A stretch of DNA of 64,000 nucleotides from Podarcis melisellensis (Eukaryota), in the NCBI GenBank assembly GCA_964234715.1, contig OZ174286.1, one strand, 5' to 3'. Of the stretch, positions 1-12,022 are shown in pieces. Under the pieces are notes generated by a model. The model did no database searches, was not told the origin of the DNA, and saw only the letters and a list, made by a program, of their open reading frames with translations. The first letter of the stretch is position 1; each line of letters opens with the position of its first letter. Made by a program: the position numbers and the translations under genes.

Positions 1-103
1 CCTCTCACAGGGGTCTTGTGGAGATAAAAGGGTGAGGAGGAGAACTATGCATGCCACCTTGAGGTGCTTGGAGGAAAGGTGGGATACAAATGTAAAAATA
101 AAT
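1..103 (+). mobile_element. 3' remnant of squamate SINE (MIR/L2-tail type)
   Basis: Resembles the common '...gccaccttgag...ttggaggaaaggtgggatacaaat...aaataaat' SINE 3' end; recognised by eye. Confidence 0.55.
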
Positions 104-346
104 TATTATGATTATAATTGATTAAATGTGTATACTGTTCCTCATCTGAAAATCACAGACATAAAAAATAAAAATAAAGGACCTAGGAAACCCTCAGAGC
201 CCCCATCCTCCTTCAAAGGAGGTATGGCAAGTCCCTTGCTCCTTATTAAGGAAGGCTGGGGTATCAGCTCATCACTAGACAGTTTGTTTCTATTTATCAT
301 GCACATCCGACTTCACTCCACATTCCTGTCTTGTGATCTCCGTTAC

Positions 347-538
347 CTGTTTTCCTGCTTGTGATTCAATGTCCTGCATTGCCACTGGGTCCTCCAGATA
401 AAATTACCACCTGATTTCATTCATGGTTCTAGCTAAGTCTCCTCCAAACTCTGCTTTATGACAGAGGTAAATAGAATCCCCATTACTCCAATCTCTGGTG
501 TGCTGCTCTCTTCCCTGTCGTATTTCCCCCTTTATATA
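347..538 (-). promoter_or_regulatory. Candidate TATA promoter and alternative first exon (possible peptide MQDIESQAGKQ)
   Basis: Minus strand: TATATAAAGGGG at 538-527, ATG at 379, 11 codons, then CAG|GTAACG donor at 347/346; upstream ATGs also present; unverified. Confidence 0.25.
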
Positions 539-626
539 CTGGGGAGCGGGTACACTGGATAATCTGATCCAGAATGCACTGTACCTTCTAGCAGTGTGCT
601 TCATGATAAAACATCATATCTAATTA

Positions 627-852
627 CAGTGGTACCTCGGGTTAAGTACTTAATTCGTTCCGGAGGTCCGTTCTTAACCTGAAACTGTTCTTAACCTGAA
701 GCACCACTTTAGCTAATGGGGCCTCCTGCTGCTGCTGCGCCGCCGGAGCCTGATTTCTGTTCTCATCCTGAAGCAAAGTTCTTAACCTGAGGTACTATTT
801 CTGGGTTAGCGGAGTCTGTAACCTGAAGCGTCTGTAACCCGAGGTACCACTG
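627..852. mobile_element. Tc1/mariner (Tigger-like) MITE
   Basis: TIRs CAGTGGTACCTCGGGTTA...TAACCCGAGGTACCACTG with TA TSD; same family recurs at 9896, 39706, 55548, 59251. Confidence 0.9.
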
Positions 853-2414
853 TAATATTGAAGTATAACATTGTGCCTCTCTTTCTGTGCAGTGTGCATT
901 AAAAATCAAAGCTCCGTTTTAAAAAAATTACAATAACCTTTAAAGTATCAAACGGAAATTCACACACCAAGACTTTATTCTGAACCAAGTTTGGAATTTT
1001 TTATGGTTGAACAAAGCTTGGGCACTTGGATAAATTGAAGTGGTTCATATTGATCAGAAAGTGAGACATGTTACAGTCAGCTAAATTTAGCTGCTGACTA
1101 GTTTGTAGCTATGGTATCAGAAAAACAAAATTAACCAGTGATGTTCAGACTGTATACTGTACTGTACTAGGACATGCTGGGGTAACTATGTGAAAAAGTA
1201 GTATGGACAACAATCTTCTCTGAAAACACAGCTTATTCATCACTACCCATCTTCTCCTGCAGCATCAGGAAAATAAGGGGTGTGTTCTAGGTAACACTCC
1301 CAGATCATGTGGGATCACAGTGAGGTGGGGCTTCCTCAGCAGATGAAAGCTTTCCCCTGAAGGCTGTTAACCACTGGACTTCCTCAGCTGTCGCCTTTGA
1401 CGCTTCTCTTCCACCACCATTGCACTGCCCTGAACTTAAGAGCACATAATGGAGAAGAAACAGGCATTTGTAGTCCTTCCCCTCCTTCTTAGAATATAAA
1501 TTTATTTCTCCAAATGGTAGTGCCTTGATGAAAGATTGATTTATGTACAAACCTTTCATTTCCCTAATACCCTCTGCTATAGCAGATGTTTTGAAAAGAA
1601 AAGTGGCAATGCTGGGTTTGCAAAATGTGTTAACTCATTATTATGCTATGGGAAGCAACATCTTCATATGCATGGCAGTGGTGGACATTTTGCATCTATG
1701 ACATCACTGTCTGAGAATAACAGATTTTTATTTTATTTTTAAGGAGAAAAACCAAGAATCAATATCTAAACACTGACACAAGTGCCTTTTCCAATATAAT
1801 TTTGATATACATGTGTTACTACACAACATACATGCTTCTTTCTGTCTTTTGAGACATTGTATGTGAAGTGGATAAGGAAGTTCCTGTGCTGAGTTTTTGG
1901 CTTTACGGAGCCCATTAAAATCCCATCTGAAACAAACAAACAAAAAAGTAAAGAGCTCTTCTTACTCTCCAAGCAGAAGCCTCTGTCATCATGGTTTTGG
2001 CGGGGCAGGAGGTGCGCGAGGACAGTACATTATGAGAGCTGGGAGTATCCTGTGTGAGTGAAGCCAGCAGTGGAGAGGCGGAGCTCTCTTTCAGGTATTC
2101 ACAGACCTGCCCCCCAGAGCAAGCTTGAAGCTGACAAGATATTCTGTTCCAGGAAAGAGCATGGCCAGGTTGGGAAGCAAGCTTGGGCCCAGGGGTTCAT
2201 TCTGGAGATCCTGAATTAATGGAGCTCAGTACTTGGAGGACCTGGATAGCTCCAAACGCAGGTCAGACCAGCTTTCCTCCTGTTGCGAAGAGCAGATATT
2301 TGGGGATGGGGGCTCAATTTGGATCAGGATAAGGGCAAAGGGTCACCTTACTCTATGGTCCTAATCCATTTTCTCTTTTCCCCCATCCAACCAACACTGT
2401 CTATTTATTTAAAG

Positions 2415-2523
2415 CTCCATTGGTTAGAGTGTGGTGCTGAATAAAACCAAGGTTGCAGGTTTGATCCCTGTATGGGACAGCTGCCTATTCCTGCATTGCA
2501 GGGTTTGGTTATTATTATTATTA

Positions 2524-2554
<31 letters not shown>

Positions 2555-2648
2555 CAATTTATATATCGCCCTATACCCGGAGGTCTCAGAGCAGTGTGAC
2601 TAGATGATCGTCAGGGCTACTTCCAGCTCTGCAATTCAATTATTCTAA
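2415..2648 (+). mobile_element. tRNA-derived SINE with CR1-like tail, interrupted by (TTA)n/(TTGA)n and another repeat end
   Basis: A/B-box-like head (tggttagagtgtgg...gcaggtttgatccc), CR1-type tail gactagatgatc...ttccagctct. Confidence 0.65.
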
Positions 2649-3258
2649 GTGTGCAGGGACAAAGACCACATATAGTTTGGCCCTTCAAATGTGAAGCAAG
2701 AAAATGATCTGCCCTCAGAGAAACCTACTCCTGTGCTTGTGTGTCAGCAGCTGCTCTGGGCATTCCTCCAGAATGGAAGAAGGCAAGCACAGACTCAACC
2801 AGAACTATAATGGGCACACTCATCAGCCTTTATTTGCTTTAATTCTTCATGTTGCACAGTGGGGGAATTGCTTTCTTAACATAGTGAGAACAGATTATAT
2901 TTAAAACTAAGAGACCAAAAGCAATAAATACAAAGTATATTTCTGGTGTGGAACATTTAAAATCCTCAATGTCACTTGCTGTTTGTTTGTTTGTTTTTCA
3001 GAATCAATTTGGATACACTACTAGGGCACTGTTGCTGATCCTTGGCAACATGTTACGATTTCAAATTTTAAAGATATATATTTTATAGCTCCTGAATGGA
3101 CGGAGAGAAACCCAGGGCTGTGACACATTGAGATTTAAGGCAAAGATGCAATGAGCAGTTTCCCTTGAAACTAGACATGTTTTTAATGTTGCTGTACGAT
3201 CAAATCACACATGATGCAGAGATGTTACAGAATTACCCACTCGCAGCAGAAGACAAGT

Positions 3259-3312
3259 GGAAGGAAGGAAGGAAGGAAGGAAGGAAGGAAGGAAGGAAGG
3301 AAGGAAGGAAGG
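3259..3312 (+). repeat. (GGAA)n microsatellite
   Basis: Direct inspection. Confidence 0.95.
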
Positions 3313-6300
3313 GCAAAGTAGTGATGCAGCGTGCAGCCTATTCTGTTGGTGACTGCTTCAGGCTCACTGGAGCCTTGAACTTATTTCTTTCAGCACTCGG
3401 GCAGGTCTCTTTCAGTTCACAAGAGTGATCCCACAATAAAAACAAGTCATTTATATTCCACCAAGTGTCTGTTTCTTTAAATACAGCTTTTACATAATGT
3501 ATGCAATACCAAAATCATATTCAAGTACAATACAGGATGTCTCAAAGCCAAAGTTCCACCCAAATATTCCTCAGTTCAATAAAGAGAAAAGAATTTCTAC
3601 AAGTATACTTGTTGCTAAAGGATAATCCACAGGCTGGGAAAAACCTGTCCACAAACCCCCGGGAGTGTTATAGCTTTGTTCTCAATCACTCAAAGTGCAG
3701 TGGCAGTGGCCCAGCTGTGTGAAATCCTAAGCAGGAATCCAGCAACGAGATCACCAGATGCAAATCTCTGTTTTGAATGTTTTTCTCCCGGAGGCCCACA
3801 ATGGAATGCTGAATTTTACAGCTATAATTAATAAAGCTATATTTAAAGAAACAGATACTGGGTGGAAAATAAATGGCTTATTTTTATATTTGGTCTTTGA
3901 GAGGTTCTATATAATTGCATACAGAGTTGTGTGAGCTGTGGGACAAATACAATGGAGCATGTACATCTACAAATCCGAAAACTATTTTTTAGTTTTCCAA
4001 TCACTCCTTTGATTTGAACTTGGACAGCTTTACAGCACAGTAATTGCTATTTTGGTAATGCTCCTTGAAGAAAAAATGAATGAAACCTGTCCCACTAAGC
4101 TTAGAGAAGCATCACTAGGAGCTTACATGCAGAAGGTTTCTCCTTATACTTGCTTCTATTGATACATGCAAATGCTCTACTGAGTCTTTTCAACATTTAC
4201 TACAATTGGCAGTACTCAAAAATACTGTAGCGTTTTTGTGCCATCTTATGCTGATGTGCCTGTTAGCATGGCTGGTAAGGCATACAAATAGAAACCTTTG
4301 ATTGCACAAACACAAGCGAATAAGATAATTACAATCTGGCTCTGGGGAAAGCAAATGACAGCATTTGCAGTCCCAGTTTGAGTTTATTCCCAAAGCAGTC
4401 GGTGGCATATTAAAAGAAATTAAAACTAAGGTACTATAATCCTTTACAAAATTGTAAAAAGTTATATTTAGTTCATTTTTCACCTTGAAAATTGTTCATT
4501 TCCTTACATTCTCACACAATGTAATGTGTCCTTCCAAACTCCATTTTCTGTCTGTTTACATTGGAGAAGTTCCTTTAGCTTTAATGGTACAACTCTACAG
4601 GGTGGGTTTTTTTAACCTCTTGAATTGCTGCCTCTTGTTTAAACTGCAGTCTCTGTGCAATGCAATCACAATTGCAAGTTCACACTATGATTACTACCGT
4701 GTAGAGAGGACTGCATGGTTAAACACCTCTTCACACAGATTTCCTAACATTTATTCTGAAAAGCAGAACTGTCATGGATTTACTAAATATGAACAAAACC
4801 TGGCACACTCTGAGCATGTTTCCTGCTCCTGGACATCCTGGATTGCCCATCTTGCAGAATGAGATATGGAAGATGGTGCACCTGATATTGTCCATGTCCA
4901 CTGACGATGAACCTTTCAGGTATGCTTCACAAGGTTCAACATTTCAGCTTATGTTCCCAATCATATGAAACACTGTTTTTGTGGCCGCAAAGTATCTGTT
5001 GCATTCAGAATGAAAAACAGATTCACGGCAGCCTTGCTGCTAGGCAGTTTGTGTCAGTTCTTCAGAGTACTCTCAACTGCCACAAAACAAAGTTGTGATG
5101 TGCAGAAGGAGTGAAAAACAAGTAGCACTATGCTGAGTATTAAAGTGCATTAAAAATTCCTGGATAAAAAGAACTTCATGCTAAAAATATGTCTCATTAT
5201 CCAGCTTCTTTTTCATACAGACCTTAAAGTAAAAATGCTAATATTCCTGGGAAACTGAAATAAATTAAGGCAGCAACTCTGCGGCTGCTTGCCAATTAGA
5301 AGCCATCAACAGCATCCCCTTCTCCCATTTTTTGAAGTATTTAGAGCTACCTGCAGTTCTGTTTATCTTAGATATTTATTTTTTACATTTACATCCTGCC
5401 CAAGTGGACTTAAAGCAGTCCTGAGGGTTTTTCTTTAACCAAAAGTAAATATTAAGCAGTCTTTAAAATATGTAGCATCAGTTCTACCAACTTGTCAGTC
5501 GAGTTTCAAGTCTATATTTGAAATGAAAGGTCTCTTTGCATCTCATTCCTCCATTCAGTACTGCCTGTAATCTGTTCCAGCATGTCAGTTAAAGAACCAA
5601 CAACATTTAGCAAGACCACAGCCTAATATTTATTTGTATTTTGCACTAGTTTGTGCTTAAATTACCATCTTTATGACTGAAGTGTATCACAACTGCTCTG
5701 AGGTTGCCACGTGTTCAAGTTGTTGCCATAGTGACAACTATCAGTAGGTGTAAAAAGCAGCACATATTCTCCTCCTAGCCTTAGAGCCAGGAAGAGCCAT
5801 CTGAAGTATAAGAAGCCAGGTGTTCCAAGATCCCTTATACAGTACTGTGCAGATAATGAACAGTAGGTCAGAGACATGCTGGATAGCAGAAGAGCCCTGC
5901 TTGATTAGGCCAAAGGCCCAGCTGGCCAGCCAGATGCCTATGTGAAGGACTGCAAAGAGACAAGGGGAAGCTACGCCACAAGAGGCGACAGAGGTACCAG
6001 GGAATCTGACAAGACTTCATTGACCCTCGTCAAAGATAAACCACTCACTTTTCACTGCCTCCTTGCCCCTTTCACCGCTACCCAAAGCTATCATAATAGA
6101 TGCATTTTCATCCCTCTCATGGAGAAAAGAAATCTGGGAAAAACTGGGGAGGGAATGAGACTGGAGAGGAAGCAGGCAGGTGCCATTTTGGTGAAGTCTG
6201 CCTGACTTTGCAATTTGCACTGCATTGCTTCTTGCCCAGTGGAACCATCTTTCAAATGCTCTTAAAGGAAGTTGCAGAGTCCCCATTGCTTTCCATTAGG

Positions 6301-7572
6301 GGAAACAAAAGGTACATGCATGAAATCAGCTGGTGAAGGGAAGCTGTCCCCCCCCCTGAAAAGACCCTGTTGCCCCAAGGGTCCATGACAAGAATGGTTT
6401 CCCATCCTCTAGTCACTTTGTGAATGCACTGTGATTCCCCTCCCCAATATAAAACAATGGCTACAGAGTCTTCACTGGTTTGCATCCAGGGAAAGAAAGA
6501 CTATCTGCACGAATATGGTGGGGGAGGGGGAGCCTGTTTCCCCACCAAGGGCACTTGGGGCAAGAGGGTCCCTCTTGGGGGTTGACTCCATCCAAATCAC
6601 TGATTTAGGGGCTACAGACTTTCTTTCTTTGCATGCTTAAGAACTTCACTGAAATAAATCATTTTCCAAAATAATCTGGGGGGAAATTGAAAGAACGAAA
6701 TCTGAATTAATTAAAATATGAAAGCTTTACAAAAGAAATTACAAAAAAAGAAAAAGAAAAAGTGAGGTGAGCATTCTTCCAGAGCTAATTGCTTTTGTTG
6801 ATTAGCCAAAACCAGAGTGTCATCCTTTGGGAGAAAGTAAAAAATCAACTATAGCAACCACAGATTTTGCCAATTTAATTTCCAAACTTTTTTTTTTTTT
6901 TTTGCTCTTTTTTTTGCACTTTATAATGGGGCAAGGTGCACATTTCCTCAACATCATCCTGTAAATTAGGGGCAATAATAATCATTGCCAGATGAATCTT
7001 TATCTGGATTTGGAAAGACTCTTTTCTTGAACTAGTGTATCATAAAGTTTGAGAATTGCTGCTTTAGATGTGATTTTATTGCTGACAAACAGCATACTAT
7101 CCTCCAGGGAGTGTTATCATCTTTCTAACTGGCTGTTTTCCAAAACACGCACCAATGATATCTCTCTGGGGTATTATTAACTTTTGGGGAGGATCCCCAT
7201 GGCTAAAAGAAAACATTTTGAGAACATTTTCAAAACCTAATGGCTAAAATCAATACCAGCTCCAGCTGGCTACAGCACAGCTCAAGGGCATGGATACTCT
7301 AGTTAGAGGGCATCCATTTCATTTCTAAAGCCCTCCAGAAGACTCCTTCCTCCCCACAAACCTGTGAAAATGAGACTCATGAGCAAGACAAATCAGCCTT
7401 AACATGAGCCTTAACAGAAATTTATATTGGCACCTATGTTAACTATGGTTAATGCGAAGTAGCAGTCCTTCTTGCCTGGGATACAAAACCAGGGTTACCT
7501 AACCCTGGGTAGATTCACAACAGTTAACGTAGGCTCCAGGATAACAAATGCAGTTAAGGCTAGTAGGAAAAA

Positions 7573-7599
7573 TGTGTGTGTGTGTGTGTGTGTGTGTGT
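7573..7599 (+). repeat. (TG)n microsatellite
   Basis: Direct inspection. Confidence 0.95.
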
Positions 7600-8082
7600 A
7601 TTTGTGCCGGAGGGTGGTGGTGGAAGGTGCTCAGGAATCAATTGCCTCCATCTTGTTCTGTTTTTCCAGCATCCTATGGACATTTGTTTGGTTGCTATAG
7701 GAAAGAGTGTGCTGAGCGTATGGAGCCGTGGTGCGATCCAACATCTTTGCCTCAGTGAGTTACTTTTTATGTTAGCACTATTGAAGGGTAAAAGTGTAAC
7801 ATCCATTGTTTTATTCTGTAACAATGAATGGCTTTTAGTGGAAAGCTCCAAAGAAAAATCACATTAAAAATACAAGATCAACATTACAGATATTCCCTTT
7901 GGTATATTACAGCCGTTGAAAATGCAGACAGGAACTCTATATGGTAAATAGATTAAGAAAGGGTTATGTACAGGGTTGCTGTTGTACATACAGATAAGGA
8001 AAGAAGAAAGGAGATAGAACTGAGAAACAGAAGTTTGTGTTACTGAACATTTATAGAACATAATTTAAAAATTTTAAAAATT

Positions 8083-8255
8083 TCCAGTAGCACCTTAGAG
8101 ACTCACTAAGTTTGTTCTAGGTATAAGCTTTCGTGTGAGTGCACACTTCTTCAGAAAGCTTATGCCCAGAACAAACTAAAGTGCTACGGGATAATTTTTA
8201 AAATTTTTTATTTATTTCAACTGCGTCAGACCAACATGGCTACCTACTTGAATTT
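8083..8255. mobile_element. Penelope-like element terminal remnant
   Basis: ccagtagcaccttagagac...agctttcgtg...cacacttcttcaga motif with inverted arrangement; related copy at 14965-15150. Confidence 0.6.
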
Positions 8256-8435
8256 ATAGAACATGTTATACTGAATTATAAGCAATATAATTGAACTCTA
8301 TATGAAAGAATCCTCAGAATGAAGTTCTGAAGGTTCCTTGTCAAGAACTAAATAATTCCTTGGCTAGAATATAGCTTTTCAAATGACTACTACATCACTA
8401 AATTAGACTGACTTCACTTGCAAAGCAGGTTAAAC

Positions 8436-8571
8436 CAGGCATAGGCAAACTCGGCCCTCCAGATGTTTTGGGACTACAACTACCACCATCCCTGGCTGAC
8501 AGGACCCGTGGTCAGGGGTGATGGGAGCTGTAGTTCCAAAACATCTGGAGGGCCGAGTTTGCCTGTGCCTG
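8436..8571. mobile_element. hAT MITE (hairpin type)
   Basis: TIRs CAGGCATAGGCAAACTCGGCCCTCCAGATG / CATCTGGAGGGCCGAGTTTGCCTGTGCCTG; perfect 8-bp TSD GGTTAAAC. Confidence 0.92.
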
Positions 8572-9105
8572 GGTTAAACAGTTGCAGGCCCAGTCGCACT
8601 CAGATTAGACTAAGGCAGTGTTTCCCAACCGGTGTTCCGCGGCACACTAGTGTGCCGCGAGACGTTGCCTGGTGTGCCGTGGGAGGGAGGCGGGCGAGTC
8701 GGGCGGCGAGAGGCGGGGCGGCGGCGGCAAGGATCCGCATCGAGCCGGGGGCGGCTCCGCGGTGATGGTGCCGAGGTTTCTCTCTCCATTCTCCCCTCAC
8801 ACACACACACACACACACAGCAAATAACACAGGATCAGCTGACAGGACCCGGCCACAAAAGGGAGGAGCGCGAAACGGCGGCGCAGGGCGGGAGGGCGGC
8901 GCATTGCGCGTGCTCAAACCCGCCCTCCGAGGCGCAGAGGGGAGCTGGGCAAGCGCCTTCTTCAACCACGCGCTCGTTTAAAAGTTTCTCTTTCAAAAAG
9001 GAAACGTGGGTTTCTTCCACCCCATTGGCTGCAACTCCGCCCACTCCGTCCTCCTCCCCCTCGCCCGCCCGCCCGCCCGCGGCGCTTCGCTCCTCAGCCT
9101 CCGCC

Positions 9106-9219
9106 ATGTACCGCTCGCTCCGCCCCCTCCAGCGCCTGAGTTGCGCCAGGGGCGCTGCCGTCCACGCGCGCCAGAGGGGCCCGCCGACCTGCAGCCGCCA
9201 CGCGCAGCCACGGAGGATG
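9106..9219 (+). pseudogene. FH: Captured orphan copy of fumarate hydratase exon 1 (mitochondrial presequence) inside the hAT
   Basis: ccgccATG start; MYRSLRPLQRLSCARGAAVHARQRGPPTCSRHAQPRRM then GTGAGC donor. Recalled human FH is MYRALRLLAR...GAAV...ARM with intron 1 right after that Met. No downstream FH exons seen in the window. Confidence 0.7.
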
Positions 9220-9895
9220 GTGAGCGACGCCCCCCCCGCTGCGCGCGCAATGGAGGGAGGGAGGGAGGCGCAAGGGCGTCAGAGGTGACCTTTGCCGGCC
9301 TCTTGCGGGACAGGCGCCTCCTGCGCGGCTGAGGGGCCCCTTCCCGCCTTTGTGGGCCTGACGCGGCCTCAGGGTTCCCTCCCTCTCTCCACATATATAA
9401 ATTGGCTTTTATTATTAGCGCTTTCGCATTCCTTTTTCTCCCTCCCAGGAGCTCCGGTGGGGGGGGGCGGGCGGGGCTCCCCGCCATTTACCCCCCACAA
9501 CAACCCTGTGAGGGAGGCCGGGCTGAGAGGATTCCAACCCGCGTCCGCCCCCGCTGCTTCCTTCAAGTGGCGTCCTGGGCGAGGACAACATTTGACGGCC
9601 CCTCCCTCAAATATCCCTCATTTTCGCAATAATTCATTTTGGTACAGCTGCTTTTTCCAACGGATCTGTTCAGTGTTGTTATTTGCGCCCCTCTGCCGCC
9701 AGCAGCGTCCCAAATACAGCGCTGCTCCCCTCCTTAGGATGCCAAGCACTCTGAATTGGGAAGTGGCCCCCTTGGGAAGAGGGAGGCTTGCCTCCAAGTA
9801 AAGATGAATATGAAAGTACCTTGTTTTTAAGGGCCTGCGGTGGTGGTGGCTGTTTAACATCCAAGGCTCACAACACAAAACTACATTACATGGGA

Positions 9896-10000
9896 CAGTG
9901 GTACCTCGGGTAACTGAGGCTTCAGGTTACAGACTCCACTAACCCAGAAATATTACCTTGGGTTAAGAACTTTGCTTCAGGATGAGAACAGAAATCGTGC
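9896..10000. mobile_element. Truncated half of the Tc1/mariner MITE, inside the hAT cargo
   Basis: Matches 39706-39810 but stops at gaaatcgtgc; second TIR absent. Confidence 0.85.
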
Positions 10001-10599
10001 TCCAGCATTCAATTTTTTTATAATAATTAAAAAAGTTAACTACAGCTTTGAAACTTCCCAGGAGAGGCCGCCCAGCGCGGGGCTCTCGCCGTCTGCCTGC
10101 CTGGCTGCCTGTGAGCTCGGCGGGCAGCGCCTCCGTCCGCAGCGCCCGCCTCGCGGCTCTCATTCCCTGCCCCTGCCAAAGCTCACCCAGCCAAGCCGCG
10201 CTCTCCTTCCTGCCTCGCTTTGCTGCCTCCTCCCCCCCACCCCCAAAGCTTGGAGGTTCCCCGGCGCCGGCCCGCAGGTTTGACCCCCTTCTCACACCTG
10301 TTCGCGCTCCTTGCACGGAATGGGGCGGATGGGGAGGAACGGGGCTCGCCGCTGCCTCCGCTCGCCCTCCCCCCTCCGCTGGCGGTTCCGCAATTCTTGG
10401 CTTTTTGGCGGTTGGCACAGAAGGAAGGCGGGGGGGGGAATTGAAACTTACACTTTCATGCGTCCCTCCCGGCGTGACGCTGCGCGCTTACGTCACGGGG
10501 CTGTGGTGTGCCTCGAGATTTTTTTCATGAAACAAGTGTGCCTTTGCCCAAAAAAGGTTGGGAAACACTGGACTAAGGATCCAACCCAATGCCCTTTTC

Positions 10600-11040
10600 C
10601 ACCAGCAAGTTGTAAGAATTGCCATGAGGTAGGCAAAACCACCACACCAGCCCAATTTGTCTGCAGGCAAATTCTTCCCTAGCCCCAAATATGGCCACCG
10701 AGTGGAATGGAAGGAGCTTTACCTTCCTTTTCTTCTGGATCAAAGTATCAGGACACCCCAGTAAAGGGGTCCAAGGGGAAGGATTCTGTCTGTATGCCCT
10801 AGAACTTCCCAAATGGCATCCTGGAGGGGTTGCCTGAATTTGATGTGCCTCATATGGGAATCTTTATTTTAGGATTGACCCTGATGAAGTAATCAGCCAG
10901 CAATCTTGCTGTTTGATTCAGGATACGTAGCCAATGCCTACTGACATCTGTAATCAATAAACTTGTGGCCATTTTTGATCCCCAAATGTTGTCATGTCAT
11001 TTACTGCTTCCGGTGCCTCCGCCACAGTGACCTCAGCTGC
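10600..11040. mobile_element. Degraded LTR/DIRS-like repeat fragment
   Basis: ctgtaatcaataaacttgtggcc resembles ctgtaaccaataaggttgtggcc of the 12.6-13.3 kb repeat. Confidence 0.35.
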
Positions 11041-11147
11041 CCACACAAAGGTCGGGTGGGAGCAGACACCCTGTGGCAGCATAGCAGCTATTAAAAAGAG
11101 ATTAATTACCGAAACATATTGATGAGATAACTCACTTTACTATCTTC

Positions 11148-12022
11148 TAGAGCAAGGCAATGTTGGGTTTTCAACATTGTGGTGTATCGCTGGTGTGGGG
11201 AGCAGGGGAGCTACCTTGTCCACCTCCCCACCCCCATGGACCAAGCAGCAGTAGCCAAGTGCACAGAAACTGTCAGGCTCCGTGTGTTTGACTGCCTTCA
11301 CCTTCGCCTGTGCGAGTGTGCTCTTTCCTCCAGTGGGGGGTCGTTTCCCAGGAGGAATGATGCAGCCCACCCTTCCGGGCAAAGTCCGCAAAGCACGGGG
11401 TGCAAACCCAACCTATCCGTGTCTTGCAGACGGGGGCTGCTGGAGGCCCCTACACTGCCTGGCTGCCTTCCACTGGGAGGGTGGGCTCCGTCTTTCTGGG
11501 AGGAAAGGCTCAGCACACCCTCCCAGAGAAGGCAGCCAGGAGGGGTCGGGCTCTCTCCTACTCCCATGCAAGCAGGAGCAGTGTCAAGGCTCTCTCAGCT
11601 GGGGAGGGGGAGCACTTTAATGGAGCCCCCATCCTGCCGCTGGTTTGTGCAAGTCGGTGGTGGGTTGGGGGCTCCGTAAAAGTGCTTGGCTGAGGTGAGG
11701 GCAGCAGCACGCTCCTCAGCCAAACAGTTTAAAGAAGTGGAGGAAGGAACAAGCTGCATTGGCACCTCACAGATTCAGCTTGATTCTCCCCCTGCTGGGG
11801 CAGAGCGCCATGGCGGTTTCACCATATGTATATTGCTGGTGAGATGACCACCGCTTTAGTCCCTCTGCCTCCAGCTCCCGGCTAGTTTGTTTCTCCCTCA
11901 GCACACTGGACACTGGAGGCAGAGGGACTCAAGAGCAGTGATGTTTTCACCAGCGATATACCGCTGAGTGAAGCTGTCATTGCAGTCTGCCCCCACATAT
12001 ACTGATATATCGCCCAGGCCTA
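11148..12022. mobile_element. hAT (Ac-like TAG...CTA termini) non-autonomous element with internal hairpins
   Basis: 8-bp TSD CTATCTTC (11140-11147, 12023-12030); right end tatatcgcccaggccta, degenerate left end tagagcaaggcaat. Confidence 0.75.

Larger units (their letters stand above)
8616..10570. mobile_element. Non-autonomous hAT (Charlie-like) transposon carrying captured CpG-island cargo (Pack-TIR-like), copy 1
   Basis: 15-bp perfect TIR CAGTGTTTCCCAACC/GGTTGGGAAACACTG; 8-bp TSD GACTAAGG (8608-8615, 10571-10578); termini shared with 47723-48887; no transposase. Confidence 0.92.

Noticed and set aside
5838-5858. TACAGTACTGTG resembling the miR-101 5' end
   Set aside because: Only 12 nt match; the 3' part diverges and no hairpin partner was seen
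8600-10690. Many overlapping 100-220 aa ORFs on both strands
   Set aside because: Stop-poor GC-rich DNA; translations are low-complexity, and only 9106-9219 has recognisable protein signal
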